Below are positions 21,195 to 31,834 of a DNA stretch of 59,737 nt, piece by piece. The stretch spans positions 1-59,737 of the forward strand of contig CAZEST010000002.1 in assembly GCA_964514745.1 (NCBI GenBank), in the 5' to 3' direction. The first letter of the stretch is position 1. Every line of letters begins with the position of its first letter. The stretch comes from an uncultured Alistipes sp. Lineage in GTDB: Bacteria > Bacteroidota > Bacteroidia > Bacteroidales > Muribaculaceae. The position numbers and the translations under genes were made by a program. The notes below the pieces were generated by a model that saw only the letters and a list, made by a program, of their open reading frames with translations, was not told the origin of the DNA and searched no databases.

Positions 21195-22289
21195 TTACTG
21201 GATAAAATCTTGGAGATTAAGGTTTAGGTTGAACATCAGCGATGTTGCGCCCGAATGGGGCTGTGAAAATGCAATAGCAAAGTTGAAATGGCTGACGTTC
21301 ATGCCGGCCGAGAGGGAGAATCCGCTTAAGAATGAGCGTTTGTAGGTGCTCATATCCGTACGGGTTTTGTAGTTGTAGCCCAGGGCTATGAAGAAGCGAT
21401 CGGAGGGGGTAAAATCAACGCCGAAAACCATGTGGCGGAATAGGTTGGAGCCAAATGACTCTTTAAGTTCCAAGGCATCGGTTGACGTGCCGTCGCCGGT
21501 ATTATAGTAGGGCAGACTCCACTTTCGCAGATTCCATAACGTTACAGACAAGCGCAACGGTATGCCTGTAAAGCCTTTTGTGGCTCCTAATCGAAGGTCG
21601 ATGGGGAGTTTATCGTAATTCTCGTTGAATTTCTTCAGCTGGCCACCCAGATTAGCAATTACTGCCGAGAAAGACCAGTCGTGATCAGGATCGTAGTAGT
21701 TGATACCCAGGTCTGTAGCTACGGCGAATGCGGAATATTCTTCGTAGCTGCTGTAGAGCATTTTCATCGTGATACCACCACGCAAATGGTTGGTAATATC
21801 GTAGGAGAATGTGCCCGAGAAGTTTATGTCTTTTGGAGAGAACGTGCCGGTTATAACGCCGGTTTCATCGGCGGCAGTCATCTCGCCGTAGCCGAAATAG
21901 CGAATTCCGGCCGACCATGCACCACGTTCGCCTACAGCATGAGCATATTTAATGCCGGCGAAATTAGAGTTGCCGAGGTAGCGCATATAATCTACCAGTA
22001 TCTGATTGTTCATCTCCGAACCTAACAGACCGGGGTTTTGGTCAGCGGTGCTGAGTTCGTCTTCAACCGTAGTAATATTTACGCCTCCCAGACCGTAGAT
22101 GCGAGCTGATGAGGTTACGTTCAGATAGTTATAGGCAGTAGACCCATCTTGAGCTGAGACCGCTTGATTGCAAGCAAAAAATAATGAAGCTCCAAGGCAA
22201 CCTCTAACAATGAGGTTACGTAGTGAATGATTATGAGTATATTTTAGAATATTCAGCGTCATGAAGTAACGTCTGGAATTATGGTCCAT
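21195..22289 (-). CDS. porQ: Type IX secretion system protein PorQ (start uncertain)
   Basis: Beta-barrel with YLNVTSSARIYGLGG..NPGLL, GYGEM..ADETG..TGTF, ATDLGINYY; cmk-adjacent as in other Bacteroidales. Confidence 0.8.
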   Translation of the reverse strand: MDHNSRRYFMTLNILKYTHNHSLRNLIVRGCLGASLFFACNQAVSAQDGSTAYNYLNVTSSARIYGLGGVNITTVEDELSTADQNPGLLGSEMNNQILVDYMRYLGNSNFAGIKYAHAVGERGAWSAGIRYFGYGEMTAADETGVITGTFSPKDINFSGTFSYDITNHLRGGITMKMLYSSYEEYSAFAVATDLGINYYDPDHDWSFSAVIANLGGQLKKFNENYDKLPIDLRLGATKGFTGIPLRLSVTLWNLRKWSLPYYNTGDGTSTDALELKESFGSNLFRHMVFGVDFTPSDRFFIALGYNYKTRTDMSTYKRSFLSGFSLSAGMNVSHFNFAIAFSQPHSGATSLMFNLNLNLQDFIQ

Positions 22290-22336
22290 ATCTAAAATAA
22301 CGTCAAATAGCTTCAGTTATTATTTGCTATGCCGGA

Positions 22337-24229
22337 CTATTCAGCTCTTTTGGCGGTATTTCCTTCGTAATAATTTATGTAGGCAAGGTTTACCAGGCGA
22401 GTGCCGCCGGGAGTTGGGTAATCGCCGGAGAAATACCAGTCGCCGGGCGACGATTTGACGGCGCTGTGGAGCCCGCCTAAGGTCTGATATACGATTTCAA
22501 CTTCAGCGTTGGTGCCCTCCGGAGTTAGCATGCGAGCCATCATGTTGGAGATTTCTGTGTCGGTAAATGGCTGATAGATTGCTTTTACGCAATTTACTTG
22601 CTGATTGGCCGGAAGTTGAGCTTGCTCTTTACATTTCAGATAGGTCTCTTCCAGGATATGTCCCATACCGCGTTCTTTCAGTAGAGCAACGGCAGCACGG
22701 AATGCTGCAAATTCGCCCATACGCGACATGTCAATGCCGTAATAGTCGGGGTAACGTACCTGAGGTGATGACGACACTACAACGATTTTGCGTGGATGCA
22801 GACGGTCGAGCATCGCAATAATAGATTGCTTCAGGGTTGTGCCTCTTACGATTGAGTCATCGATAACTACGAGGTTATCGATATCGTTGTTGACGCATCC
22901 GTAGGTTACATCGTAGACGTGGGCTGCAAGGTCGTTGCGCGAGGTGCCCTCGGCGATGAATGTACGGAGCTTAATATCTTTGATTGCTACCTTCTCGATA
23001 CGCAGGCGGGCATCCATTATCTGCTTAATTGTTTCGGGCGTAAGAGTGCCGCGTTGCGCAAGTTCGTTAATGCGGAAGGATTTAATCTTATTCAGTTGGT
23101 TCTCCAATCCCTCAACCATACCGATAAAGGCAACTTCGGCCGTGTTCGGGATGAATGAGAATACGGAGTGGGGCAGATCGCCGTTGATAGCCTTCATTAC
23201 TTCCGGCACTACGTTGCGACCCAATTCTTTGCGCTCGCGATAGATATCGGCATCGCTGCCTCGCGAGAAGTAGATGCGCTCAAATGAGCATCGCTGGTTT
23301 TCGCCCTCGCCCAGGATGTCTTCAATTTCAACTTTGCCATCTTTTGATACAATCAGGGCCGAGCCGGGCGTAAGCTCATTGACTTGTGCGCGTCTGACGT
23401 TCATTACGGTCTGTATAACCGGACGTTCAGAGGCTAAGACAACAACTTCGTCGTCAATATAATAGAAGGCCGGACGGATACCGTGGCTATCGCGCAGGGC
23501 AAACATGTCGCCCGAACCGGTTGCACCACAGATTACGTAGCCGCCGTCCCAAGCCGGAGATGCGGATTTCAGTACCCTCTTAACGTCGAGGTTATCTTCG
23601 ATAGCGATTCCCAGGGCCGGATCCTCCAGTGTGTCGCGAAATTCGCGATATAGACGGTGGTTCTCGTGGTCCAACGCGTAACCTAATTGCTCCAGCAATA
23701 CGATGGTGTCGGAGTAGATGCGAGGGTGTTGTCCGCGTTTTACAATCGATTTGAAGATTTCGTCAACATTGGTCATGTTGAAGTTGCCACACATCAGCAA
23801 GTTGCGCGAACGCCAGTTGTTGCGACGCAAGAAGGGATGTACGTAGGATAAACCGCTCTTGCCGGTTGTTGAATAGCGAAGGTGGCCCATATAGATTTCT
23901 CCAACGAAGGGCGTAAAGGATTCAACTTCGCCGGCCGGTAGCGAGTCTACATGGTTCTTATCAAACTGAGGCATTATGGACGCGAAAATCTCGGTGATAG
24001 CGTTCGAACCGAGAGCTCTCTCACGAAAAATATATTCGTTGCCGGGTACGGAATGGAGTTTGACTACGCCAACTCCGGCTCCTTCTTGTCCGCGGTTATG
24101 CTGTTTCTCCATTAAGAGATAGAGCTTATTGAGAGCCCATGCATAACTGCCATATTTTTCTCTGTAATATTCCAGAGGTTTGCGTAGGCGAATCATCGCA
24201 ACGCCGCACTCATGTTTGAGTTGCTCCAT
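22337..24229 (-). CDS. purF: Amidophosphoribosyltransferase (class II glutamine amidotransferase)
   Basis: N-terminal LKHECGVA, KQHNRGQEGAG, GHLRYST, CSFERIYFSRG, PRPP motif VIDDSIVRGTT. Confidence 0.92.
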   Translation of the reverse strand: MEQLKHECGVAMIRLRKPLEYYREKYGSYAWALNKLYLLMEKQHNRGQEGAGVGVVKLHSVPGNEYIFRERALGSNAITEIFASIMPQFDKNHVDSLPAGEVESFTPFVGEIYMGHLRYSTTGKSGLSYVHPFLRRNNWRSRNLLMCGNFNMTNVDEIFKSIVKRGQHPRIYSDTIVLLEQLGYALDHENHRLYREFRDTLEDPALGIAIEDNLDVKRVLKSASPAWDGGYVICGATGSGDMFALRDSHGIRPAFYYIDDEVVVLASERPVIQTVMNVRRAQVNELTPGSALIVSKDGKVEIEDILGEGENQRCSFERIYFSRGSDADIYRERKELGRNVVPEVMKAINGDLPHSVFSFIPNTAEVAFIGMVEGLENQLNKIKSFRINELAQRGTLTPETIKQIMDARLRIEKVAIKDIKLRTFIAEGTSRNDLAAHVYDVTYGCVNNDIDNLVVIDDSIVRGTTLKQSIIAMLDRLHPRKIVVVSSSPQVRYPDYYGIDMSRMGEFAAFRAAVALLKERGMGHILEETYLKCKEQAQLPANQQVNCVKAIYQPFTDTEISNMMARMLTPEGTNAEVEIVYQTLGGLHSAVKSSPGDWYFSGDYPTPGGTRLVNLAYINYYEGNTAKRAE

Positions 24230-24275
24230 AAAATCTGAATCGAGTGTATTAGCTAAAAATTAGGGGAAAGTAGAG

Positions 24276-24322
24276 AGCTGTAACAGGGCGTTGGCATTAT
24301 GAAGCCAACGCCCCATACAGCT
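24276..24322 (-). terminator. Stem-loop between GSIII and purF
   Basis: GGGCGTTGGC/GCCAACGCCC stem extended by AGCTGTA/TACAGCT; weak U tract. Confidence 0.55.
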
Positions 24323-24332
24323 TAAAACTTGG

Positions 24333-26522
24333 TTAGCGGATGAAGAGCATCTCGCGATACTTGGGCAGAGGCCACATTTCGTTGTCAACCATCAGCTCAA
24401 GTTTGTCGATATGTTCGCGAATAGCCTCCATGCGGGGAACTACGTTGTCGTGGTAAGCGATTGCTTTTTCGCGTTCGCTTTCAATCTTGTTAGCATCCTT
24501 GCGAGCGTTGATCATGTCCTGAACTTCGCGACGGATTTCCGAAATGTGCTCAGAGAGCTTTTCGATAGCATCCTTGTCGCAAGCCGTCAAATCAGCTGCT
24601 TTGTTAGCAGGGAAGATAGTGTGGAGTTTGGCAACATTCTCCACGAGAATTGACTGGTAGCGAGTTGCTACCGGTACGATATGGTTCAGAGCGAGGTCGC
24701 CGAGAACGCGAGCTTCGATCTGGATTTTCTTGGTGTACATTTCCCATTTAACTTCGTTGCGCGCACGGAGTTCAAGGTCGTTGAATACGCCGGTTTTGTT
24801 GAACATCTCGATAGATGCCGGTGAGAGGTATGCATCGAAGATTTTGGGTACAGATGTTTCGCAATCCAGGCCGCGACGTTCGGCTTCGGCCTTCCATTCG
24901 TCGGAGTAGCCGTTGCCATCGAAGTGGATAGGCTTAGATTGAATGATAAGGGCCTTAGCTTCTTCGAGAATAGCGTGGTAGAGCGATTCTTCGCGTTCAA
25001 CGCGATGGTCAACGCGCTGCTTGAATTCAGCGAGCTGTTCGGCAACGGCGGCATTCAGGGCGATCATTGCAGATGCGCAGTTGGCCGACGAACCTACCGC
25101 ACGGAATTCAAAGCGGTTGCCGGTGAAGGCGAAGGGCGATGTACGGTTGCGGTCAGTGTTGTCCAGCATGATTTCGGGAATCTGCGATACACCAACGGTG
25201 ATACCTTCCTTCTCTGCAAATTCGATGAGTTCATCCTCGTTGGAGTTTTCCAAGCGGGTAAACAGGTCGGCGATTTGCTTACCGGTGAAGATAGAGATGA
25301 TTGCAGGGGGTGCTTCGTTAGCGCCAAGGCGGTGGGCATTGGTAGCAGAGGAGATGGAAGCCTTCAGCAGACCATTATGGCGGTGAACAGCTGCCATTAC
25401 GTTCGCGATGAAGGTAATGAATCGGAGGTTCTCGCGTGGAGTTTTGCCGGGGGCAAACAGGAGTGTGCCGGTGTCGGTACCGAGGCTCCAGTTGTTGTGC
25501 TTACCGGAACCGTTGATGCCGTTGAAAGGCTTCTCGTGGAGGAGCACGCGGAAGTTATGACGGATAGCAACCTCGTTCATCAGGCCCATCAACAGCAGGT
25601 TGTGGTCGTTAGCGAGGTTGGTTTCTTCGAAGATAGGAGCCAACTCAAACTGGTTGGGAGCCACTTCATTGTGGCGGGTGTGGGCCGGGATGCCCAGACG
25701 GTGGCACTCAATTTCGAGGTCGAGCATGAAAGCCTCAACGCGCGAAGGAATAGCACCGAAATAGTGGTCTTCGAGCTGCTGGTTCTTAGCACTTTCGTGG
25801 CCCATCAGTGTGCGACCGGTCATTACCAGGTCAGGACGAGCGTTGTAGAGGGCTTCGTCAACCAGGAAGTATTCCTGTTCCCAACCGAGGTAGCTCTTTA
25901 CGTGGTGAACGTTCTTGTCGAAGTAGCGAGCTACGTCGGTAGCAGCCTTGTCAACAGCGTTCAGGGCGCGCAACAGCGGTGTTTTGAAGTCGAGCGACTC
26001 ACCGGTGTAAGAGATGAAGATGGTAGGGATACAGAGGGTCTTGTTGAGGATGAAGACCGGGGAAGAGATATCCCAAGCAGAGTAGCCGCGAGCCTCGAAA
26101 GTGTTGCGGATACCGCCGTTGGGGAAGCTTGATGCATCAGGTTCCTGCTGAACCAGGAGTTTGCCAGTGAATTCTTCAACTACGCCACCCTTGCCGTCAT
26201 GCTCGATGAAAGAGTCATGCTTCTCGGCGGTACCGCCGGTGAGGGGGTGGAACCAGTGAGTGTAGTGGCGAGCGCCGTTTTCCAGGGCCCACTGCTTCAT
26301 TCCGGCAGCCACACTGTCGGCGAGCTGCCGTGAAATGGGTTGCTTATTGTCGATGGCATCGACAAGCTGATCGTAAGTATCTTTCGGCAGATACTCAAAC
26401 ATCTTCTGGCGATTGAAAACAGCTTCGCCATAGAACTTTTCAGGGCTTTCTGAGGGTATTTCTACCTGTACAGCCTTGCGGTCGGATGCTTCCTTAACCG
26501 CATTGAATCGTAATAACGACAT
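24333..26522 (-). CDS. glnA: Glutamine synthetase type III
   Basis: 729 aa; HYTHWFHPLTGGTAEKHDSF, EPDASSFPNGGIRNTFEARGY, HNEVAPNQFE, NGSGKHNNWS, DRNRTSPFAFTGNRFEFR. Confidence 0.96.
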   Translation of the reverse strand: MSLLRFNAVKEASDRKAVQVEIPSESPEKFYGEAVFNRQKMFEYLPKDTYDQLVDAIDNKQPISRQLADSVAAGMKQWALENGARHYTHWFHPLTGGTAEKHDSFIEHDGKGGVVEEFTGKLLVQQEPDASSFPNGGIRNTFEARGYSAWDISSPVFILNKTLCIPTIFISYTGESLDFKTPLLRALNAVDKAATDVARYFDKNVHHVKSYLGWEQEYFLVDEALYNARPDLVMTGRTLMGHESAKNQQLEDHYFGAIPSRVEAFMLDLEIECHRLGIPAHTRHNEVAPNQFELAPIFEETNLANDHNLLLMGLMNEVAIRHNFRVLLHEKPFNGINGSGKHNNWSLGTDTGTLLFAPGKTPRENLRFITFIANVMAAVHRHNGLLKASISSATNAHRLGANEAPPAIISIFTGKQIADLFTRLENSNEDELIEFAEKEGITVGVSQIPEIMLDNTDRNRTSPFAFTGNRFEFRAVGSSANCASAMIALNAAVAEQLAEFKQRVDHRVEREESLYHAILEEAKALIIQSKPIHFDGNGYSDEWKAEAERRGLDCETSVPKIFDAYLSPASIEMFNKTGVFNDLELRARNEVKWEMYTKKIQIEARVLGDLALNHIVPVATRYQSILVENVAKLHTIFPANKAADLTACDKDAIEKLSEHISEIRREVQDMINARKDANKIESEREKAIAYHDNVVPRMEAIREHIDKLELMVDNEMWPLPKYREMLFIR

Positions 26523-26557
26523 AAATTTGGAATGAAGTGATGTATAATTAACGTTTG

Positions 26558-26604
26558 ATGGCCTCCTGCTTTATTCGTTTTATTGAGTTAAAGTGGGAGA
26601 CCAT
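26558..26604 (-). other. Intergenic stem-loop between dapL and GSIII
   Basis: ATGGCCTCCTGCTTTA/TAAAGTGGGAGACCAT imperfect arms. Confidence 0.45.
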
Positions 26605-26617
26605 TCGTTGATTTTCT

Positions 26618-27856
26618 TTAATTAAAGTTCGCTTCTTTAATGCGCTTAACCGCTTCGATAGTGTTTTCGAGGGTGTTAAACGCGGTCAATCGGAAATAGC
26701 CTTCGCCCGAGGGCCCAAAGCCAGAGCCGGGGGTGCCTGCAACGTTACACCGTTCAAGCAACATATCGAAGAATTCCCATGATGTCATCGAGTTGGGGGC
26801 CTTGATCCAAACATAGGGCGCATTGACGCCGCCGAATACTTCCAATCCGGCTTCAGCCAAACCTTCGCGCAGTACGCGAGCGTTCTCCAAGTAGTAGTCA
26901 ACGGCCTCCTTAACCTGCTTACGACCTTCTTCGGTGTAGATGGCCGCTGCGCCACGTTGCGAAATGTAGGATGCACCGTTGAACTTGGTGCATTGGCGTC
27001 GATTCCAGAGGTGGTTGAGGCTTACCTCTTTGCCGTCGGACGTAGTGCAGGTGAGCTCTTTGGGGACAACCGTGTAGCCACAACGCACACCGGTGAAGCC
27101 TGCAGTCTTGGAGAAACTGCGGAATTCAACCGCGCATCGTTTTGCGCCCTCAATTTCGTAGATGGAGTGGGGAACGTTGTCTTCGCGGATAAATGCTTCG
27201 TAGGCTGAGTCGAAGAGAAGCAGCGAATTGTTGGCCAGTGCGTAGTCAACCCATGCTTTGAGTTGCTCACGCGTAAGGGTTGTTCCTGTTGGGTTATTTG
27301 GATAGCACAGATAAATTACGCTGGGGACTACGTTGCCGGCCGGGAGCGCAGGAATGAAGTTGTTCTCGGCGGTAACGGGCAGGTATTGTATGTTGTCCCA
27401 GCAGCCGTTGACCAGCGTTCCGGCGCGGCCGGCCATTACGTTGGTGTCAACATATACCGGATAAACGGGATCGGTTACGGCTACGATATTTGTCGTTGCG
27501 AGAATGTCGCCGAAGTTGCCGGTGTCGCTTTTTGCTCCATCGCTTACGAAGATTTCCGAAGCATCAACGTCGATGCCGCGAGCCTTGTAGTCGTTCTCGG
27601 CAATGGCGTCGCGCAGGAAAGCATAGCCTTGTTCCGGACCGTAGCCGTGGAATGTTGCGGAGTTGCCTTCGTCATCTACTGCTTTATGCATGGCTTCGAT
27701 GGCTGCCGGGCATAAAGGCCGGGTAACGTCGCCGATACCCATACGGATGATGTCGGCTTGGGGATTCGCTTGCTTGAAAGCGGCTATTCTGCGAGCTACT
27801 TCCGTAAAAAGGTAGCTTTCGGGAAGTTTGCAGAAGTTATCGTTGATTTGGAACAT
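26618..27856 (-). CDS. dapL: LL-diaminopimelate aminotransferase
   Basis: [56 protein letters not shown]. Confidence 0.97.
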   Translation of the reverse strand: MFQINDNFCKLPESYLFTEVARRIAAFKQANPQADIIRMGIGDVTRPLCPAAIEAMHKAVDDEGNSATFHGYGPEQGYAFLRDAIAENDYKARGIDVDASEIFVSDGAKSDTGNFGDILATTNIVAVTDPVYPVYVDTNVMAGRAGTLVNGCWDNIQYLPVTAENNFIPALPAGNVVPSVIYLCYPNNPTGTTLTREQLKAWVDYALANNSLLLFDSAYEAFIREDNVPHSIYEIEGAKRCAVEFRSFSKTAGFTGVRCGYTVVPKELTCTTSDGKEVSLNHLWNRRQCTKFNGASYISQRGAAAIYTEEGRKQVKEAVDYYLENARVLREGLAEAGLEVFGGVNAPYVWIKAPNSMTSWEFFDMLLERCNVAGTPGSGFGPSGEGYFRLTAFNTLENTIEAVKRIKEANFN

Positions 27857-27921
27857 TATCTATTGGAATACTTATGTTTTAGACGAGAGTATGATCTGTA
27901 TTTGTTTCTGACTTTTTTCGT

Positions 27922-28824
27922 TTAGACGATGGGCGCTTGCAGTTCTGCCGGGATTTCGATTTCGCCGGAGAATACCGTGGTAGCCGGGCCGGTCATCATT
28001 ACGTGGCCGGTTGCTTCGTCTTGCGAAATTTTCAGGTCGCCGCCGAGCAGGTGAATCGTTACGTCTTGGCGGTCAGTGAGCCCGAGCAACGAGGCTGCAA
28101 CGGCCGTAGCGCATGCGCCTGTGCCGCAGGCTTGCGTTTCGCCGCTACCGCGTTCCCAAACGCGCATCTTGATTTCGTTGCGGTTCAGCACTTGAGCGAA
28201 TTCAATATTGGCTCTGTCGGGCCACATTGGATGCAGTTCCAGCTGTCGGCCCAAGCCGTGGATGTCGGTGCTGTCGAGGTTGTCAACGATGATTACTCCG
28301 TGGGGGTTGCCCATTGATACGGCTGTAACGGCGAGTTGTTGGCCGTTAACGGTAACCGGAATATTGATATTATTGTCGGCAACTACGGGGATGGAGGCCG
28401 GCACTAGGTCGGGAGCTCCCATATCAACGGTTACCGCCTCGATTTTCCCGTCATTGCCGGGCATTAATGTTAAATATTTAACGCCCGAAAGGGTTTCGAG
28501 CGTTATATATCGTTTTTCGGTCAGGCCGAAATCATAAACATATTTACCTACGCAACGGCTACCGTTGCCACACATTTTCGCTTCCGAACCGTCGGCATTG
28601 AAGATGCGCATTTTAAAGTCGGCAATTTCCGAGGGGCATATAAGGATGATGCCGTCTCCGCCCACACCGCGGTGTCGGTCGCTTAGAAATACCGAAAGTG
28701 CTTCTGGATTGTTGGGGAAGCCGTTAGTGCAATCAAAATAGACGTAATCGTTGCCGATACCGTGCATTTTGGTAAAGCTCAGCTTCGTCGTGCTTGGTGA
28801 AGTAGTAGATTTTTTATTGTTCAT
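27922..28824 (-). CDS. dapF: Diaminopimelate epimerase
   Basis: FTKMHGIGNDY, NADGSEAKMCGNG, SMGNPH, WERGSGETQACGTG; a TAACTTTG box at 28843-28850 (minus) supports ATG 28824. Confidence 0.96.
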   Translation of the reverse strand: MNNKKSTTSPSTTKLSFTKMHGIGNDYVYFDCTNGFPNNPEALSVFLSDRHRGVGGDGIILICPSEIADFKMRIFNADGSEAKMCGNGSRCVGKYVYDFGLTEKRYITLETLSGVKYLTLMPGNDGKIEAVTVDMGAPDLVPASIPVVADNNINIPVTVNGQQLAVTAVSMGNPHGVIIVDNLDSTDIHGLGRQLELHPMWPDRANIEFAQVLNRNEIKMRVWERGSGETQACGTGACATAVAASLLGLTDRQDVTIHLLGGDLKISQDEATGHVMMTGPATTVFSGEIEIPAELQAPIV

Positions 28825-29041
28825 ATTGGAAAAATCACCTCGCAAAGTTATAGAAATTTTCCCATACGACAAAGAGAAACCCTCGGAAATTTTCAGTGAG
28901 TTTTGGTTAGGCGTTGGATTTTTTTCTGTATTGGTGACTTGTATTGTAAATAAAGTACAACCTCCGCACTACTTAAAGGGGCAGTAGGGCGGAGGCTGGT
29001 TAGGATGTTGTAAAAAAAGTGATGAAGATGGCTTATTCGCG

Positions 29042-29305
29042 CTATTTTGGATTGGTGAATCCACAGGCCGTCTGAAAATCCGCAAAAAAGTCGTGGGAAA
29101 GAGCAACGGAAATACGGCAAAGGAGTTCGGTATCGATCGACCCTTTCCTCAAGATTTTGTAGACATTTGTGCGGTCACAGCAAATCTCCTGCGCGAGCCA
29201 CGCAGCCGGTCGTCTCTGGCGGCGAAGTTCACTTCTAATAAGAGAGCCGATGTGGATCTTGATGCCACTATCGTCAGTCACTGTAGAAACGAGGTTTGAG
29301 TCCAT
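29042..29305 (-). CDS. Small XRE-family HTH protein
   Basis: IHIGSLIRSEL..WLAQEICCDRTNVYKIL..SIDTELL.RIS.AL.HDFF, typical small Bacteroidales XRE. Confidence 0.82.
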   Translation of the reverse strand: MDSNLVSTVTDDSGIKIHIGSLIRSELRRQRRPAAWLAQEICCDRTNVYKILRKGSIDTELLCRISVALSHDFFADFQTACGFTNPK

Positions 29306-29551
29306 GCCTAACAAATAAGGATTTTTATAGTAGAAAGTGTTTTCGGATGCAAAATTACAATTTTTTTAATGAAATAAAAAGAGGAGATACTTTTTGTGAA
29401 TAATTAATAATGTTAATCAAAGTTAATTCGGGGGGGGTATTTCTTACAGTCTGTATTGTATGTAGACATAATGGCTTAATATTGTTGCAATATTGTCTAC
29501 ATCATTAAGTTGTGGATAAAAAGTTAATGTTGCTAAAATCTCCACAAAATG

Positions 29552-29590
29552 AAATCCCCATTTCCTTGCACAAAAAGGAAATGGGGATTT
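29552..29590. terminator. Terminator hairpin downstream of dcp
   Basis: 16-bp perfect stem AAATCCCCATTTCCTT/AAGGAAATGGGGATTT with A/T-rich flanks. Confidence 0.8.
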
Positions 29591-29660
29591 TTATAGGTAG
29601 CCGCTGTTGGTATACAATGATTATTGCGTTTGGTGGCAGCGGATGAGCTTCATGATTCGT

Positions 29661-31772
29661 TTACTTAATCAAACCGCGCTGATGGAGCAGTGCGTCGGCC
29701 GATGGTTTGCGTCCGGCAAATTCTTCGTAAAGAACCATCGGGTCTTGCGAAGCTCCGCTGGAGAGCAGATGCTTCATCTTGGCTGCCAATTCGGGGTTGA
29801 ATACGCCCTTTTCGCAGAATAGCTGGTAAGCATCTGCATCGAATACTTCGGCCCAGAGATAGGTATAATAGCCCGATGCATAGCCTTCGTCACCGAAGAT
29901 GTGCTTGAAGTAGGGTGAACGATAGCGGAAGGTGAGCTGAGCTGGCATACCGAGTTTATCGGCAACTTGCTTCTCAAAGGCGTCGATGTCGACATCGCCA
30001 TCGGGATTAAGGCGGCCCCAATAGAGGTCGAGCAGAGCAGCACCGGCGAGTTCGGTGGTAGCGAAGCCCATGTTGTGCTTGGAGGCTGCGTTGATTTTCT
30101 GAACGAGTGAGTCGGGAATCAGTTCGCCGGTCTTATAGTGGTGGGCGTAAACCTTCAGCATTTCGGGGTCGAAGGCCCAATGTTCGTGGAACTGTGAGGG
30201 GAATTCAACGAAGTCGCGGTCAACAGATGTACCGCTTTGGCTCTTCAGGCGTACGCGTGACAGCATACCGTGGAGAGCATGACCGAATTCGTGGAATACG
30301 GTTTGCACATCGTCGATAGTCAGCAGTGCGGGTGCATCGGCTGTAGGAGGTGCGAAGTTGCCGACATTATATACAATAGGACGCTGAACCGAACCGTCGG
30401 GGTTAATCCAAGAGGTCTGGAGTTCTTCCATCCATGCTCCCTGACGTTTTGACGGGCGAGTAAAATAGTCGGTCATGAATACGGCCAGGTGTTCGCCCTT
30501 TTCATCCTTAACGTCGTAAACTTTAACGTCGGGATGATATTTTGGAGCATCTGGCATCTCTTCGAATGTAAGACCATAGAGGCGGTTAGCCATAGCGAAG
30601 ATACCTTTGCGAACGGAATCAACGGCGAAGTACGGACGAATTTCAGCTTCGTTGAGAGCATAATCGCGTTGGCGCACTTTTTCTGCGAAGTAGTAGTAAT
30701 CCCACGGTTCGATGTTAAACGTGTTGCCAAGCGAGTTGCTCAGTTCTTGCATGGTTGCAACTTCTTCAGCTACCTTAGCCTTGGCAGGTTCAAAGATTTT
30801 CAGCAGGAGCTCTTCGGCAGCTTCAGGCGTTTTGGCCATCTTGTCGGCGGTCATGTAAGAGGCGAAATCTTTGTAGCCGAGCAGCTGAGCCTTTTTAGCA
30901 CGAGCCTTGAGAATTTGGTTGATAACCGGGCGATTGTCGTTGTCGCCTGAGGTGGCGTTGGTTGTGTAGCCTTTCCACATCTTTTCGCGCAGGTCGCGAT
31001 TATCGGCGTATTGCAGTACGGCCAAACGGCTGGGGGCATGGAGAGTGAATACCCATTTGCCCTCTTTGCCGCGCTCCTTTGCTTCGGTAGCCGCATTGTC
31101 GATAGTGTTCTGGGGCAGGCCTGCGAGGTCTTCCTTCTTGTCGACAACGATTTCAAAGCTATTGTTGGCGTTGAGCAGATTCTTGTTGTACTTAAGGTAG
31201 AGATCGGTCAGCTGGCCGTTAACCTCTTTGAGAGCCTTCTGGTCGTCGGCCGACAGCAGCGCACCGCGACGCACAAACTGGGTATAAGAGTCGGTGATAG
31301 CACGGCGCTCATCCAGCGGTTGGTTAACGGTGTCGAGGTTGTTATAGAGAGTTTGTACACGAGCAAACAGACCTTGATTCATCATCATTTCGTCGGTAAA
31401 CTCGGTGTATTTGGGCATGAGCTTTTCATTAACTTCGGTCAGCTCGTCGGAAGAATCAGCCTCGGCCAGTGCGAACAGTACGGATACTACGCGGTCCAGT
31501 GTCGGACTGAGGTTGTCGAGTGGGAGGATTGTGTTCTCGAATGTCGGAGCCTCGGGGTTAGCTACGATAGAATCGATCGCAGCCTTAGCTTCGGCGATAC
31601 CGGCATCAAAGGCGGGCTCGTAGTCGGAGATTTGAATCTCATCGAAAGGAGGAATCCCGTAAGGGGTGTCGTAGGCTTTCATGAAAGGATTTTCCCTTTC
31701 CTGCTTACAACCGGAGAGGAATACCGCCCCGGCGGTTGCCATGCAGCAGAATCCGAAGAGGATAGATTTCAT
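29661..31772 (-). CDS. dcp: M3 family metallopeptidase (peptidyl-dipeptidase Dcp), lipoprotein
   Basis: FHEFGHALH zinc motif, RDFVEFPSQ, GYASGYYTYLWAE; lipobox LSGC. Confidence 0.93.
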   Translation of the reverse strand: MKSILFGFCCMATAGAVFLSGCKQERENPFMKAYDTPYGIPPFDEIQISDYEPAFDAGIAEAKAAIDSIVANPEAPTFENTILPLDNLSPTLDRVVSVLFALAEADSSDELTEVNEKLMPKYTEFTDEMMMNQGLFARVQTLYNNLDTVNQPLDERRAITDSYTQFVRRGALLSADDQKALKEVNGQLTDLYLKYNKNLLNANNSFEIVVDKKEDLAGLPQNTIDNAATEAKERGKEGKWVFTLHAPSRLAVLQYADNRDLREKMWKGYTTNATSGDNDNRPVINQILKARAKKAQLLGYKDFASYMTADKMAKTPEAAEELLLKIFEPAKAKVAEEVATMQELSNSLGNTFNIEPWDYYYFAEKVRQRDYALNEAEIRPYFAVDSVRKGIFAMANRLYGLTFEEMPDAPKYHPDVKVYDVKDEKGEHLAVFMTDYFTRPSKRQGAWMEELQTSWINPDGSVQRPIVYNVGNFAPPTADAPALLTIDDVQTVFHEFGHALHGMLSRVRLKSQSGTSVDRDFVEFPSQFHEHWAFDPEMLKVYAHHYKTGELIPDSLVQKINAASKHNMGFATTELAGAALLDLYWGRLNPDGDVDIDAFEKQVADKLGMPAQLTFRYRSPYFKHIFGDEGYASGYYTYLWAEVFDADAYQLFCEKGVFNPELAAKMKHLLSSGASQDPMVLYEEFAGRKPSADALLHQRGLIK

Positions 31773-31834
31773 AAAAATAGATGTTAGGTTGATAATTATT
31801 GGGGTGATTATAAATGTCGGAGTGGGGTAGTGCG

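Noticed and set aside
24924..26132. 402-aa plus-strand ORF
   Set aside because: Antisense shadow of the strongly codon-biased GSIII gene; no recognisable motifs
28825..28872. N-terminal extension of dapF (similar extensions for nadC, cls, flavin reductase and DUF2752)
   Set aside because: These extensions contain the -7 promoter box or overlap the upstream gene
31011..31787. 258-aa plus-strand ORF
   Set aside because: Antisense to dcp; no domain signature
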